Shown here piece after piece: positions 1 through 10,809 of a stretch of 64,000 bases of DNA. Under the pieces are notes generated by a model. The model was not told the origin of the DNA and searched no databases. It saw only the letters and a list, made by a program, of their open reading frames with translations. A program made the position numbers and the translations under genes. Position 1 is the first letter of the stretch. Each line of letters opens with the position of its first letter. Source of the stretch: Dehalococcoidia bacterium (GTDB taxonomy: Bacteria; Chloroflexota; Dehalococcoidia; Lucifugimonadales; VXLM01); NCBI GenBank assembly GCA_963662435.1, contig OY759598.1:310001-374000 (forward strand), given 5' to 3'.

Positions 1-179
1 TCGTTCCCATTCGTTCTGATGACACGGAGTCAACTAGAGATCGTAGCAACGATTTTCGCCGAGGTGGATAGCTAGCAACTCCTCTAATCTTCCGTGCATT
101 TAGACCTCCCACAAATGAGAGAGTCCGTGCCCGGATAGTACGGTGTTTGAGGGTACTCTGAGTCTAAGAACCCAACGCC

Positions 180-1205
180 CTAAAAGAGGCTGCCCTGGCT
201 GAGGGGGGAACGTTCGCGCGGGTACTCGATTCCCAGATGCTCGTAGGCGAGGCGAGTGGCCATTCTGCCCCTGCTGGTCCTCTCCAGGAATCCGCGCTGG
301 AGCAGGTATGGCTCGTACACGTCCTCAATGGTCTCGGTCTCCTCGTTGATGGAGGCCGCGAGCGTGTTCAGTCCCACGGGTCCGCCGTCGAACTTTCCGA
401 TGATCGAATCGAGTACCTGGTGATCAAGTTTATCGAGGCCGACCTCATCCACTTCTAGACGGGCGAGGGCCTCCTTCGCGACCTCCAGGGTGATGGTGTT
501 GTCGGCCATGACTTGGGCGAAATCGCGGACCTGGCGGAGGAGCCGGTTGGCGATTCTCGGAGTGCCTCGCGCCCGCTTGGCGATTTCGAATAAGCCATCG
601 TCCTCGGAGGAAATGTCGAGGATGCGGGCGGAGCGTTTGACGATAGTGCGCATGGCCTCTTCGTCATAGAACTCCAGCCGGTGCACGGCACCGAACCGGT
701 CGCGCATGGGGGCGCTGATCATTCCGTACCGGGTCGTCGCGCCGATGAGGGTGAAGGGCTTGATGGCAAGGTTCATGCTCTTCGCCTTCAGCCCCTTGTC
801 GATGACCCACGAGACGAAGAAGTCTTCCATGGCAGGGTAGAGTACCTCCTCGACGACGCGGGAGAGCCGGTGAATCTCGTCGATGAAGAGGACCTCGTGC
901 TCCTTGAGCTGCGTGAGGGTGGCGACCATGTCGCCGGGACGCTCGATCGCAGGGCCGGACGTGGTCTTGATGCGGACGCCGAGCTCGGTCGCGACGATGT
1001 TCGCGAGGGTGGTCTTTCCCAAGCCGGGCGGGCCGTAGAGGAGGACATGATCAAGTGCCTCGCCTCGCTGCCGGGCGGCGGTAATGGAGATTTCGAGATT
1101 GCCCTTCACGGCCTCCTGTCCGATGTAGTCAAGGATTCGACGCGGCCGCAAGGTGTTGTCGATGTCTTCGACCTGTTTCTTGGGGGATATGACGCGCTGC
1201 TGCAT
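180..1205 (-). CDS. ruvB: Holliday junction branch migration helicase RuvB
   Basis: LRP..L.DYIGQ start, Walker [33 protein letters not shown] and EPYLLQ.G motifs. Confidence 0.98.
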   Translation of the reverse strand: MQQRVISPKKQVEDIDNTLRPRRILDYIGQEAVKGNLEISITAARQRGEALDHVLLYGPPGLGKTTLANIVATELGVRIKTTSGPAIERPGDMVATLTQLKEHEVLFIDEIHRLSRVVEEVLYPAMEDFFVSWVIDKGLKAKSMNLAIKPFTLIGATTRYGMISAPMRDRFGAVHRLEFYDEEAMRTIVKRSARILDISSEDDGLFEIAKRARGTPRIANRLLRQVRDFAQVMADNTITLEVAKEALARLEVDEVGLDKLDHQVLDSIIGKFDGGPVGLNTLAASINEETETIEDVYEPYLLQRGFLERTSRGRMATRLAYEHLGIEYPRERSPLSQGSLF

Positions 1206-1350
1206 AGTGTCGACCGGTCGGGATCAGGAGTTTGACGGTTGGGCTAGGAGGTTGCCAGAACCTTTGTTCATTCTAGGTTCGGGTTGGCGGGCTGTCAAGG
1301 GACGGAGATTGGGGTAACTGTTCAGAGTTGATGAGTTGAATTGCGAAGAT

Positions 1351-1423
1351 CCCCCTCTCTGTATCTCTCCCCCGGCGGGGGAGAGATTGTAGATTCTTCG
1401 TCGCTGCGCTCCTCAGAATGACA
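1351..1423. repeat. Adjacent REP-like hairpins: family A variant (TCTCTCCCCC-GGC-GGGGGAGAGA) and family B (AGATTCTTCGTCGCTGCGCTCCTCAGAATGAC)
   Basis: Family A stem-loop at about 1364-1386; 1391-1422 is the reverse-complement type of the GTCATTCTGAG...GAAGAATCT repeat near 6950 and 15830. Confidence 0.7.
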
Positions 1424-1837
1424 GCGAGCGCACAATTCGTGCAGTATCACCAACTTTAAACAGTTGCAGATGGGGAGGTTCTGAGGCGGTGAATTGGCGA
1501 TTGTTTCCTGAAAGTGATGCATTTTGATGCATTTTGTAGCATTTCTCGCGTTATTGTAAAGTTGCTTCCGAATGGTCCAGGGTGACACGCCGGCATTTTG
1601 AGCGGCGTCACTGATCGAGTGAGGGGAGCCAGCTTGGAAGAGTGAGCGTTCGTCTGTCGAAGATTTCTTCTGAGTGTGGGACATTCTGGGATGTTCCGGG
1701 ACTTTTCCTTTTGTGGTTTAGTCGGGCGGCGGGTATCCTCGATGGCAACCCGCCGCTTGAATGCAGTGTGGTACATGTGTTCTTGTATGTCAAATTGAGC
1801 GAAAGCCTCGCCCGATTTGCAGCGGCGAAGGGCCATT

Positions 1838-1877
1838 CACCCTCACCCCAGCCCTCTCCCGAGAACGGGAGAGAGGG
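1838..1877. repeat. REP-like hairpin family A (CACCCTCACCC.AGCCCTCTCCC-loop-GGGAGAG.GG)
   Basis: Same motif recurs at 6879, 11783, 15760 and 22840. Confidence 0.8.
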
Positions 1878-2005
1878 AGACCCTCCAAGGGCGTGTCGTA
1901 GGTAGAGGTGGTAAGTCCTGTATTCGTTATCCTATTGTGTCTTTTTGCGTATATGCCGATGGTGTAGAATAGGACGCGACGTTCGGAGTCCACAGGAGTG
2001 TTCGA

Positions 2006-3388
2006 TTGGCAGAATATGACGTAGTGGTTGTAGGCAGCGGTGTCGGGGGGTACGTGGCCGCCATCAGGGCGGCGCAGCTGGGAATGAATACGGCGATAGT
2101 CGAGCGGGCGGAGCTCGGCGGGACGTGTCTCAACTGGGGATGCATACCGAGCAAGGCGCTCCTCCGCAACGCCGAGGTGGTCGGACTTCTAAAGCACGCC
2201 GACGAGTTCGGGATCGCATTCGACAACCTGCGAGTCGACTTCAGCAAGGCCATCGACCGCAGCCGCAAGGTCGTCAAGAGGCTCACGGACGGCGTTTCGT
2301 TTCTCCTGAAGAAGAACCAGGTGACCGTGTACCAAGGGTACGGCGTTATAAAGGACGCGAACTCGGTCGAGGTCCAGGGGACCGAAGAGACGCTCACCGC
2401 CAGGAACATCATCATCGCCACGGGAGCGCGTTTCCGACAGCTCCCGAACCTGCCCATCGACGGCAAGATCGTGATAACGAGCCGCGAGGCATTGGAGATG
2501 CGAAACGCTCCGAACCGCGCGATCATCGTAGGGGCCGGCGCCACGGGCGCGGAGTTCGCGTACTTGTGGAGCAAGTACGGCACCGAAGTGACGCTGGTGG
2601 AGCTGCTCCCACGACTCGTCCCAACCGAGGATGAAGAGGTTAGCAACCAGCTTCTGCGCTCGTTCCGACGTCAGGGCATCAAGTCGATGACCGGATCGAC
2701 CGTGGACGAGGTGAATGTGACGTCCGGCAAGGCGATGGTTACCGTCACGAACGAAAAGGGTACTTCGATAATCGAGTGCGACACGGTGCTGGTTGCGGTC
2801 GGAGCGCAGGGCAACGTGGACGGCATAGGCCTGGAGGCTGTGGGCGTCCAGGTGGAACGCGGCTACATCAGCATCGACGAGATGATGCGGACTACCGTTG
2901 AGAACATCTACGCCATTGGCGACGTAACAGGCAAGATGCTGCTGGCGCATGTCGCATCGGCGCAGGGAGTGACGGCTGTCGAGCACATGGCGGGGCTCGA
3001 TCCCCAGCCACTCGACTACGAATTCATCCCGCGGGCGACGTATTGCAGGCCTCAGATCGGCAGTTTCGGTCTCACGGAGGCACAGGCAGCGGAGCGCGGC
3101 TATACTGTGCGGGTAGGGAAGTTCCCGTTCATCGCGAGCGGCAAGGCGCTGGCACTCGCTGAGTCCGACGGCTTCGTCAAGGTCGTGGTGGACGACGAGA
3201 TTGGCGACATTCTCGGCGGGCACATGATCGGTGCGGAGGTGACCGAGCTGCTCGGCGAGCTTGGAATGGCTCGACTCCTGGAGAGTACGAGCAAGGAACT
3301 GGGCTGGTTGGTGCACCCGCACCCGACGCTGTCGGAGACGATCAAGGAAGCGGCGCTGGCCGCAGACGGTGAGGCGGTACACATTTGA
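2006..3388 (+). CDS. lpdA: Dihydrolipoyl dehydrogenase (E3)
   Basis: GSGVGG FAD motif, GGTCLNWGCIPSK redox disulfide, C-terminal HPTLSE; TTG start with AGGAG RBS. Confidence 0.97.
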   Translation: MAEYDVVVVGSGVGGYVAAIRAAQLGMNTAIVERAELGGTCLNWGCIPSKALLRNAEVVGLLKHADEFGIAFDNLRVDFSKAIDRSRKVVKRLTDGVSFLLKKNQVTVYQGYGVIKDANSVEVQGTEETLTARNIIIATGARFRQLPNLPIDGKIVITSREALEMRNAPNRAIIVGAGATGAEFAYLWSKYGTEVTLVELLPRLVPTEDEEVSNQLLRSFRRQGIKSMTGSTVDEVNVTSGKAMVTVTNEKGTSIIECDTVLVAVGAQGNVDGIGLEAVGVQVERGYISIDEMMRTTVENIYAIGDVTGKMLLAHVASAQGVTAVEHMAGLDPQPLDYEFIPRATYCRPQIGSFGLTEAQAAERGYTVRVGKFPFIASGKALALAESDGFVKVVVDDEIGDILGGHMIGAEVTELLGELGMARLLESTSKELGWLVHPHPTLSETIKEAALAADGEAVHI

Positions 3389-3459
3389 GCGAGTCCCGCG
3401 CGGACCGAGAGTCTTAAGGGGCAGGCCCCGCCGGAAATCGAAACGGGCCGGAGCAGACG

Positions 3460-4440
3460 ATGGCGCTGGCAACAACACTGGATAGAACGCAGATTGCCGA
3501 TTTCTATCGGCAGATGCAGACCATCCGCATATTCGAAGAATTCAGCCAGGTCAAGTACCAGGAACAGAAGATCAAGGGTTTTCTGCACTTGTACATCGGC
3601 CAGGAAGCGGTTGCGGTGGGTGCCATCTCGGCGCTCAGGCCGGATGACGACGTGATTACGAGCTATCGAGACCACGGGCACGCTCTGGCGAAAGGCCTCG
3701 ACCCCAATGCCGTCATGGCCGAACTGTACGGGAAGGCCACGGGAGTGAGCGGTGGCAAGGGCGGGTCGATGCACCTCTTTGACGTCTCGAAGCGGTTCTG
3801 GGGCGGTCACGCCATAGTCGCGGGCCAGTTGCCGCTGGCTGTGGGCCTCGCGCTAGCGATCAAGGCGCGAGACGAGGACCGGGTGGTGATGTGCTTCTTC
3901 GGCGACGGTTCGGTGAACGAGGGTGAGTTCCACGAGTCGCTGAACCTCGCATCGCTGTGGAAGCTGCCGGTCGTGTTCTTCCTCGAGAACAACCTCTACG
4001 GCATGGGGACCCATGTTGAGCGTGCACGGGCGGGAGGCAAGGAGATCTACGACGACATAGCCGCATACAACATTCCCGGAGCAAATGTAGACGGCCAAGA
4101 CGTACTCGCTGTACGGGAAGCATCCCTTGAGGCTGTGGCACGGGTCCGTTCGGGTAACGGGCCCGTTTTTGTTGAGGCGATGACGTACAGGTTCCGCGGC
4201 CATTCGGTCGCGGACGCGCAGGCGTATCGTTCGCGCGACGAGATCGGCGCGTGGAGAGAGAACAACGACCCGCTCGGCAACTTGCGAAACCTCGCAATGG
4301 CCGAGGGAGTGATGGAAGAGTCGGACTTCATCGAGCTCGACAAGGAGGCCCGCGCGATCGTGGACGCCGCCGTCGAGTTCGCTGAGAACAGTCTCGAACC
4401 GCCGCCGGAAGCGCTGTTCGAGCACGTGTACCAGGAATAG
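3460..4440 (+). CDS. pdhA: Pyruvate dehydrogenase E1 alpha subunit
   Basis: GFLHLYIGQEA, YRDHG, GKGGSMH, GDG...N ThDP motif, YRFRGHS. Confidence 0.95.
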   Translation: MALATTLDRTQIADFYRQMQTIRIFEEFSQVKYQEQKIKGFLHLYIGQEAVAVGAISALRPDDDVITSYRDHGHALAKGLDPNAVMAELYGKATGVSGGKGGSMHLFDVSKRFWGGHAIVAGQLPLAVGLALAIKARDEDRVVMCFFGDGSVNEGEFHESLNLASLWKLPVVFFLENNLYGMGTHVERARAGGKEIYDDIAAYNIPGANVDGQDVLAVREASLEAVARVRSGNGPVFVEAMTYRFRGHSVADAQAYRSRDEIGAWRENNDPLGNLRNLAMAEGVMEESDFIELDKEARAIVDAAVEFAENSLEPPPEALFEHVYQE

Positions 4441-4462
4441 CGCGGACAGGGGCAGAGGATAG

Positions 4463-5440
4463 ATGGCTGAGATCATCATCAGAGAGGCGATCCGCCGGGG
4501 GCTGCACGAGGCCCTCGAAACGGATGACCGCGTCTTTCTCATGGGGGAGGACATAGGAGCCTACCAGGGGAGCTACGCGGTAACGCGCGGGTTCTTCGAG
4601 GAGTTCGGTCCTGAACGCATTCGCGACTGCCCGATTGCCGAGTCGATTATCATCGGTTCCGCGACCGGCGCGGCCATGGCGGGAATGCGCCCGATCGTAG
4701 AGATGATGACGATCAACTTCATGCTGCTTGCCATAGACCAGGTGGTCAACCACGCGGCCAAGATGAGCTACATGTCAAACGGCCAGATCAAGGTGCCTCT
4801 TGTGATCCGTGCGGTGACAGGAGGCGGAGGCCGTCTCGCGGCGACGCATTCGCAGAACTTCGAGGGCTGGTACGCTTCGGTGCCGGGGCTGAAGGTGTGC
4901 GTACCCTCCGATCCATACGACTCGCTTGGACTGCTCCGCACGGCGATAGCCGACCCCAATCCCGTGATATTTGCCGAGCACGGTCTGCTGTACGGTAAGA
5001 GAGGCGAGGTCCCGGACGAGCACTACACTGTGCCGATGGGCGAGGCGGCAGTCCGGCGCGAGGGGAGCGACATCACGCTGGCGGCATATGGGCGGATGGT
5101 CTACACGTCCCTGGAGGCGGCGGAACGATTGGCGCAGCGCGGCATCGAGGCGGAAGTGATCGACCTGCGAACGCTGCAGCCCCTGGACACCGATACGATA
5201 ATTCGTTCAGTCGAGAAGACGAACAGGGTAGTGATTGTGGAAGAAAACTGGCGAACGGGCGGATTCTCCGCCGAGATAGCCAGCACAGTCCAGGAAGCGG
5301 CGTTCGACTATCTGGACGGTCCCGTAGGCAGGGTCAATGGGCACGACGTGCCGGCGCCATACAACGCGACGCTCGAGGACATGCAGATACCGGACGCGGA
5401 CCGAATCATCAAGGAAATCGAAAAGTTATACAGTTTGTGA
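4463..5440 (+). CDS. pdhB: Pyruvate dehydrogenase E1 beta subunit
   Basis: GEDIG, PIAES, HSQ, DLRTLQPLD motifs; operon context. Confidence 0.95.
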   Translation: MAEIIIREAIRRGLHEALETDDRVFLMGEDIGAYQGSYAVTRGFFEEFGPERIRDCPIAESIIIGSATGAAMAGMRPIVEMMTINFMLLAIDQVVNHAAKMSYMSNGQIKVPLVIRAVTGGGGRLAATHSQNFEGWYASVPGLKVCVPSDPYDSLGLLRTAIADPNPVIFAEHGLLYGKRGEVPDEHYTVPMGEAAVRREGSDITLAAYGRMVYTSLEAAERLAQRGIEAEVIDLRTLQPLDTDTIIRSVEKTNRVVIVEENWRTGGFSAEIASTVQEAAFDYLDGPVGRVNGHDVPAPYNATLEDMQIPDADRIIKEIEKLYSL

Positions 5441-5453
5441 GGAGGCTGCCCTC

Positions 5454-6872
5454 TTGGCTACCAATCTGAACATGCCCCAAATGGGCTACGACATGCAGGA
5501 AGGTACTCTTGTACGCTGGCTCAAGTCGGTGGGAGACTCGGTATCGCTAGGTGATGCCGTAGCAGAGATCGAGACCGACAAGGCGGTGGTGGAGTTCGAG
5601 TCGACCGCCGAGGGTGTCATTCTCGAGCTGCTCGTTGAAGAGGGAACCACCGTTGCCGTCGGGGAGTCGATTGCCTCAGTCGGGGCGGAAGGCGAGACGG
5701 TTGCGGCGGGAGGCGACGGTCCTGACGAGTCGACCGAAGCTGAGCCCGTTGCGGACGAGTCGTCCGAGCCTGAACGGCAGGATGAGCCTGCGGCCGAGGA
5801 GGAAGATGCCGCGGCTGCCATACCGCTGCCCGCGTCGCCGAGTGAAGTCCGAGCGTCCCCGGTAGCTCGCAGGCTGGCGGCAGAGCGTGGTGTAGATCTC
5901 AGCACCGTGGTGGGCACCGGTCCCGGAGGCCGGATACTCAGGTCAGACGTTCTTTCCGCCGAGCCTGCCGCTGCTCAGGTGGAAGAGCCGGACATGCCCG
6001 AAGAGGAAGCTCCCATGGAGGCTCCCCAGGTCGTTGAAGAGGCGACCATGCCCTCCGACGAAGCTCCTATGGAGGAACCGGAAGCCATTGAGGAAGAGTC
6101 CGTGGAGGAGGAGGCCGCCCCATCCGAGGAACCTGAGGAGGCGGAAGAGCCTCCGATGGCGGCAGAGGAGCCGTCCGCCGAAGAGGCTGACGACGGTCTC
6201 GTGCCGCTGACGCGCATGAGGCAGCAGATAGCGCGCACGACGGTCGGCAGCAAGACGACGATACCGCACTTCTACGTGAGTGCGGACATCGACATGACGG
6301 AGGCCATGGCGCTCCGCAAGCGCATCAACGAGACCCTTGAGGGCGATGTGCGAGTGAGTGTGAACGACCTGGTAATCAAGGCGTCAGTCAACACCATCAA
6401 GCGGTTCCCGAAGTTCAATTCGTCCTACACGGACGACGGCATTCGGATGCACGACTCGATCAATGTCGGCATTGCGATCGCGGAGGAAGACGGGCTTATC
6501 ATGCCGGCGATCCTCGACTGTGGGAACAAGTCGCTGACGGAGATTTCCACCGCGAGCAAGGATCTCGTCAATCGCTCGCTGACCGGCACGCTGCTGGTCG
6601 AGGAGTACACGGGCGGGACGTTCAGCATCAGCAACATGGGCATGTTCGACGTCACGAGTTTCGTTGCCATCATCCAGCCGCCGCAGTCCGCGGTCCTCGC
6701 TGTGGGCACCGTGAAGAAGCAGGCAGTCGTCCAGGGTGACGGCGTGGTCGTCCGGGAGATAATGTCCGCCACGCTATCGGTAGACCACCGGGTCTCAGAC
6801 GGCGCGGAGGGCGCGCAGTTCATCGTGCAGCTCAAGGAGTTCCTGGAGAACCCGCTCCGGCTGCTGGTGTAG
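5454..6872 (+). CDS. pdhC: Dihydrolipoamide acetyltransferase (E2) with long acidic linkers
   Basis: Lipoyl domain EIETDKA, E3-binding ASPVARRLA, catalytic DHRVSDG; TTG start after GAGGAGG RBS. Confidence 0.95.
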   Translation: MATNLNMPQMGYDMQEGTLVRWLKSVGDSVSLGDAVAEIETDKAVVEFESTAEGVILELLVEEGTTVAVGESIASVGAEGETVAAGGDGPDESTEAEPVADESSEPERQDEPAAEEEDAAAAIPLPASPSEVRASPVARRLAAERGVDLSTVVGTGPGGRILRSDVLSAEPAAAQVEEPDMPEEEAPMEAPQVVEEATMPSDEAPMEEPEAIEEESVEEEAAPSEEPEEAEEPPMAAEEPSAEEADDGLVPLTRMRQQIARTTVGSKTTIPHFYVSADIDMTEAMALRKRINETLEGDVRVSVNDLVIKASVNTIKRFPKFNSSYTDDGIRMHDSINVGIAIAEEDGLIMPAILDCGNKSLTEISTASKDLVNRSLTGTLLVEEYTGGTFSISNMGMFDVTSFVAIIQPPQSAVLAVGTVKKQAVVQGDGVVVREIMSATLSVDHRVSDGAEGAQFIVQLKEFLENPLRLLV

Positions 6873-6878
6873 GCGGGA

Positions 6879-7198
6879 CACCCTCAATCCAGCCCTCTCC
6901 CGCGAACGGGAGAGGGAGTCTGCATTCACCAGAACGCAACCCCGGCACTGTCATTCTGAGCGGAGCGCAGCGGAGTCGAAGAATCTAGAGTGTCTGTCCT
7001 GACGTAAAGCTGACTTTGGGGATTCTTACGCCGTTTTCGCTCTTGGTCACAATAGAAGCGCTGCACCGGCTGCCCGGTCTTGCGGTTATGGATTCTAGAT
7101 TCCTCGCTGCACTCGGAATGACAGGGATACAGGGCTGGATCAAAGCTACAGATCCGATTTACCTCCCCCTGTTAGCCCGCGAACGGGAGAAGGGTTAC
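6879..7198. mobile_element. Composite non-coding repeat element, copy 1 (REP-A hairpin / GTCATTCTGAG-bounded core / partial REP-A hairpin)
   Basis: Colinear homologue at 15760-16074; internal imperfect inverted repeat TGTCATTCTGAG...CTCGGAATGACA; lies between convergent genes. Confidence 0.75.
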
Positions 7199-7201
7199 GG
7201 C

Positions 7202-8797
7202 CTACTCCCCTCGTCGGAGGACTTTGCCGGGTCTAGCGCCGGTGTGTTCGCCGTCCAGGATGACCGATTCGCCGTTGACGAGCACGTGGGGCATGCCGTC
7301 GGGGTAACGGTGCGGGTCTTCGAACGTGGCGTTGTCGATGACGGTGTCGGGGTCGAAGACGACTATGTCGGCAGCGCAGCCCTCGAGGAGCAGACCCCTG
7401 TCCTTGAAGCCCATGCGCTGGGCAGGGAAGCCGGCGGCTTTGTGGATGGCCTCTTCGAGCGTGAGGACTGACGGCTGCTCGCGAACGTACCGTCCCAGAA
7501 TCCGAGGGTAGCAGCCGTAGAAACGTGGATGAGGCCTGTCGGCGCCGTAGACACCCGTCGGCGAGATCGCACTGCCGTCGGAGCCGAACATCGCGTACGG
7601 CTGGGCCATGAAGAACCGGATGTTGTCCTCCCGGCGGTTGACGGCGACGCAGCCCACGTTGTTGTCCTCCTCGTCGATGAGCTGCAGATATACCTCTGCT
7701 GGGTTGTCGTTGCGCTCCTCGGCGATCTGCTCGATGGACTTGCCGACGATGTCGTGGTTTTCGTCAGTCTGTACGTGGCTGATGATGATGGTGTCCCACT
7801 CCCACGGAAGGCCGCGGAACCACCCCTTCCGCAGGTCGGTGACGGCCTGGCGACGCGTGTCGGGCGCGCGGAGACGCTCCAGCATCTTGGCTACTCCGCC
7901 GTCCTGGAGCCACTCCGGCACCATCTGGCTCAGGTGCGTCCCGCCCGCGATGTATGGGTACATGTCGTAGGAGACGTCCAGTCCCTGCGCCCTGGCTTTT
8001 TCGATCGGTTCGATCATCACCTCCGGGGTGTCGAAGACGCGGCTGTCGATGATCGCCATGTGAGAGTATTGCACCGGCACGCCGGCGGTCGCTCCTATCT
8101 CGATAGCCTCTTCGACGGCTCCGACGTGGTTGTCGGCCCAGAGCCGGGCGTGGCTGGCGTAGAAGGCACCCTCGTAGGGGGCGATGGCGCGTGTGATCGC
8201 GATGAGCTCGTCGGTGGCGGCGTAGCTTCCGGGCGGGAGCGTGAGTCCGGTCGTGAAGCTGAATACGCCTTGCTCGACAGACTCGGCGGCGAGGCGGCAC
8301 ATGGTCGCAAGCTCGTCCTCCGTAGGAGCGCGGTTTTCGAGGAGACCAGCGGCAGCACGCAGCGAGGTGTGACCGACCTGGTTTGCGACGTTGACGCTGA
8401 TGCCGTCCGACTCCAGGAAAGCTGCGTAACCGTCGTGATCGGTCCACGTCCATTCTTCCTGCGGGATGTGGGAACGTGAGATGACCGAGGGCCCCAACGG
8501 ACCGACCGGAAACGGCGAGTAGCTGCAGTTCCCGACGACCTCGGTCGTAACCCCCTGGTACACCTTGCTCTCGGCGTTGCGGTCGTCGATCAGGGTACGG
8601 TCGGAGTGGGAGTGCATGTCGATGAATCCGGGCGAGACAACATGCCCGGAGGCGTCGATAGAACGGCGAGTCTCCGCCTGTCCGAGGTTGCCGATGGCCG
8701 CTATAGCGCCGTCGGCGATTCCAATGTCAGCCTCGTAGCGGTACTTGCCGCTGCCGTCGACGATTGTTCCGCCAGTGATGATCGTTTCGAAAGCCAT
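7202..8797 (-). CDS. N-acyl-D-amino-acid deacylase (D-aminoacylase family amidohydrolase)
   Basis: PGFIDMHSHSD, GVTTEVVGNC, GSDG...PHPRFYG.YPR, ADIVVFDP. Confidence 0.9.
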   Translation of the reverse strand: MAFETIITGGTIVDGSGKYRYEADIGIADGAIAAIGNLGQAETRRSIDASGHVVSPGFIDMHSHSDRTLIDDRNAESKVYQGVTTEVVGNCSYSPFPVGPLGPSVISRSHIPQEEWTWTDHDGYAAFLESDGISVNVANQVGHTSLRAAAGLLENRAPTEDELATMCRLAAESVEQGVFSFTTGLTLPPGSYAATDELIAITRAIAPYEGAFYASHARLWADNHVGAVEEAIEIGATAGVPVQYSHMAIIDSRVFDTPEVMIEPIEKARAQGLDVSYDMYPYIAGGTHLSQMVPEWLQDGGVAKMLERLRAPDTRRQAVTDLRKGWFRGLPWEWDTIIISHVQTDENHDIVGKSIEQIAEERNDNPAEVYLQLIDEEDNNVGCVAVNRREDNIRFFMAQPYAMFGSDGSAISPTGVYGADRPHPRFYGCYPRILGRYVREQPSVLTLEEAIHKAAGFPAQRMGFKDRGLLLEGCAADIVVFDPDTVIDNATFEDPHRYPDGMPHVLVNGESVILDGEHTGARPGKVLRRGE

Positions 8798-8944
8798 TGA
8801 GATACCCCTTCATGGTCGGACTTGCGCGGTATCTTACATCTTTACCACAAGGGTCGTCCGCAGCTACGGTGTTACTTTATTTTGCTATGTGTATGCCAAG
8901 AGAGTGGTTACAATCCTGATGGCCTTTTCTCTACACTGACCTTA

Positions 8945-9205
8945 CGGTGGTGGGGCCGGGCAGGTCGACAGGGGTTACTCGATGCGGGCTGCCGGGCCTG
9001 TGGCCGTTTGCGCGGGAGTGTACTTTCTGATCGAGTCGGCGTCTGAACGTGACGCAACTGAGAAGCGTCGAAGGGATGAGCAAACAACCCTGGCAACCCC
9101 GCTGTTGAGCAGTGCGAGTTTGAGCTAACCTGCGCTAACTGAAGGATGGCACATTGAGGTGCTCCTTGATAATCATGCTGTGTCAGGAGCGAATTACTGC
9201 CACCG
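8945..9205 (+). ncRNA. Candidate structured non-coding RNA, family unknown
   Basis: Nested helices with G-U pairs that favour the + strand (see findings); TACACT -10-like box at 8932-8937; no credible ORF. Confidence 0.6.
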
Positions 9206-9327
9206 CTTGCAAGGGATTAATTTTGGGGAACGTCAGCGATCTCTGACCACCTAGAAACATTGACAAGCCTATCCTGTTCGGCTCAAATGCATACATAACC
9301 GCCCCCTGATAGATAGGAACCACGCCA

Positions 9328-9861
9328 GTGGTAGAGGCATACACTCGGACGATGCGGAGATATGCGGTCTTTGCGGGACGTGCTAGTCGCTCGGTGTTCT
9401 GGACGTTCGCACTGGTTCAGGCCACCATATTGCTTGCTGCTCTGCTACTCGCCTTTGTAGTTCACTACGCACTCGCAATCTTCTCCGCCGTTTACATCGT
9501 TGGAACGCTAATCCCAACGCTGGCCGCCATTACAAGACGCTTGCACGACATAGGGAAGAGCATAGGGTGGCTACTGTTTGGCGTTGGCGTCGCCTCATTG
9601 GCTCTCGTGATCGCGTTTGCACATTTCGTGTTCGGGGACATGGCCCTGGGGATAGCCTTTTACGATGAGGGCCGCCTCGATGAGCTTCCAGACGGTATTG
9701 TGAAGGAATCTATCCGCGATACATTCTTGCGGGCCGGGTTACTGTCGTTTGGTATCGGTGCGGTAATCGCAGTAATCGGTGGGACGTTGGCAATCGGGCT
9801 CGTGGCGCTTCTGGGCCAACCGGGCGACCCGGGAGAGAACAAATACGGCCCTGCGCCATAG
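9328..9861 (+). CDS. DUF805-family membrane protein
   Basis: Y..F.GRASR..FW, P.LA...RRLHDIGKS and G..GENKYGP.P signatures. Confidence 0.88.
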   Translation: MVEAYTRTMRRYAVFAGRASRSVFWTFALVQATILLAALLLAFVVHYALAIFSAVYIVGTLIPTLAAITRRLHDIGKSIGWLLFGVGVASLALVIAFAHFVFGDMALGIAFYDEGRLDELPDGIVKESIRDTFLRAGLLSFGIGAVIAVIGGTLAIGLVALLGQPGDPGENKYGPAP

Positions 9862-10020
9862 TCTCTCTCGTGAGGAATCACGTAGTCAGCGCACAGCTAC
9901 ATCACCATTCCGATGGGGTGTTGCGCTATACATCGAATCCGCACCGGCCGGGCACGTCCCGGTCGTTCGGTGTGATATCGTGACGGGAAACGCGTACGGG
10001 TAGCATCGGGAGGACAGGCA

Positions 10021-10800
10021 TTGGCAACGATCAAGATCGTCTCTTGGAATGTGAACGGCATCAGGGCCACCCATAGGAAAGGGGCCCTCGACTGGTTCGA
10101 GGACGAGAGGCCCGACATTCTCTGCGTCCAGGAAACGAAGGCGAACGAGGACCAGGTTCCTGAGGACCTGCGAGAGATCAACGGATATCACAAGTTCTAT
10201 TCCTCGGCAGAGAAGAAGGGCTACAGCGGCGTGGCCATGTACACGGCGATTGAGCCAGTCGGCGTGGAGCCGGGGTTCGGCATCGAGAGATTCGACAGCG
10301 AGGGGCGCACCCTGCAGGCGGACATGGGTGACTTCGTTCTGTTCAACGTATATTTCCCGAACGGCAGGAGCTCGGATGAGCGGCTCGCGTACAAGATGGA
10401 GTTCTACGACGCTTTCCTGGACCACATCGAGTCGCTCCGGTCGCAGGGCCGGAACATCGTCGTCTGCGGCGACGTAAACACGGCACACAGGCCCATCGAC
10501 CTCGCCCGCCCGAAGGAGAACGAGAAGACCTCCGGTTTTCTGCCAATCGAGCGGGAGTGGATCGACAAGCTGCTGGGCAGGGGCTACATTGACACGTTCA
10601 GGATGTTCAACCAAGAGCCGGAACAGTACTCGTGGTGGACAATGCGAGCCAACTCCCGTGCCAGAAACATCGGCTGGCGCCTGGACTATTTCTTTGTTAA
10701 CGAAGAGTTCCGAGATAGCGTGAAGTCGGCGGGCATACACCAGGACGTAATGGGGTCGGACCACTGTCCCGTCAGCCTGGAAGTGGAGATTGGCAGCTGA
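10021..10800 (+). CDS. xth: Exodeoxyribonuclease III (AP endonuclease)
   Basis: SWNVNG, QETK, GYSGV, YFPNG, GDVN, GWRLDY, SDHCP. Confidence 0.96.
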   Translation: MATIKIVSWNVNGIRATHRKGALDWFEDERPDILCVQETKANEDQVPEDLREINGYHKFYSSAEKKGYSGVAMYTAIEPVGVEPGFGIERFDSEGRTLQADMGDFVLFNVYFPNGRSSDERLAYKMEFYDAFLDHIESLRSQGRNIVVCGDVNTAHRPIDLARPKENEKTSGFLPIEREWIDKLLGRGYIDTFRMFNQEPEQYSWWTMRANSRARNIGWRLDYFFVNEEFRDSVKSAGIHQDVMGSDHCPVSLEVEIGS

Positions 10801-10809
10801 GGGCCGACC

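Noticed and set aside
1322..1836. Overlapping minus-strand ORFs with an HTH-like fragment (SISDAAQNAGVSPWT)
   Set aside because: Frames run into REP repeats and show no coherent protein; at most a decayed remnant
5980..6190. Glu/Pro-rich repeats in pdhC
   Set aside because: Low-complexity linkers are normal for E2 subunits
7016..7471. ORFs within the composite repeat (also 15917-16129)
   Set aside because: Frames differ in extent between copies and overlap another gene; treated as non-coding
8951..8975. tmRNA-like 5' end (GGGGCC...TCGACAGGGG)
   Set aside because: No T-arm/CCA 3' end, matching acceptor stem or tag ORF downstream; kept as an unassigned RNA
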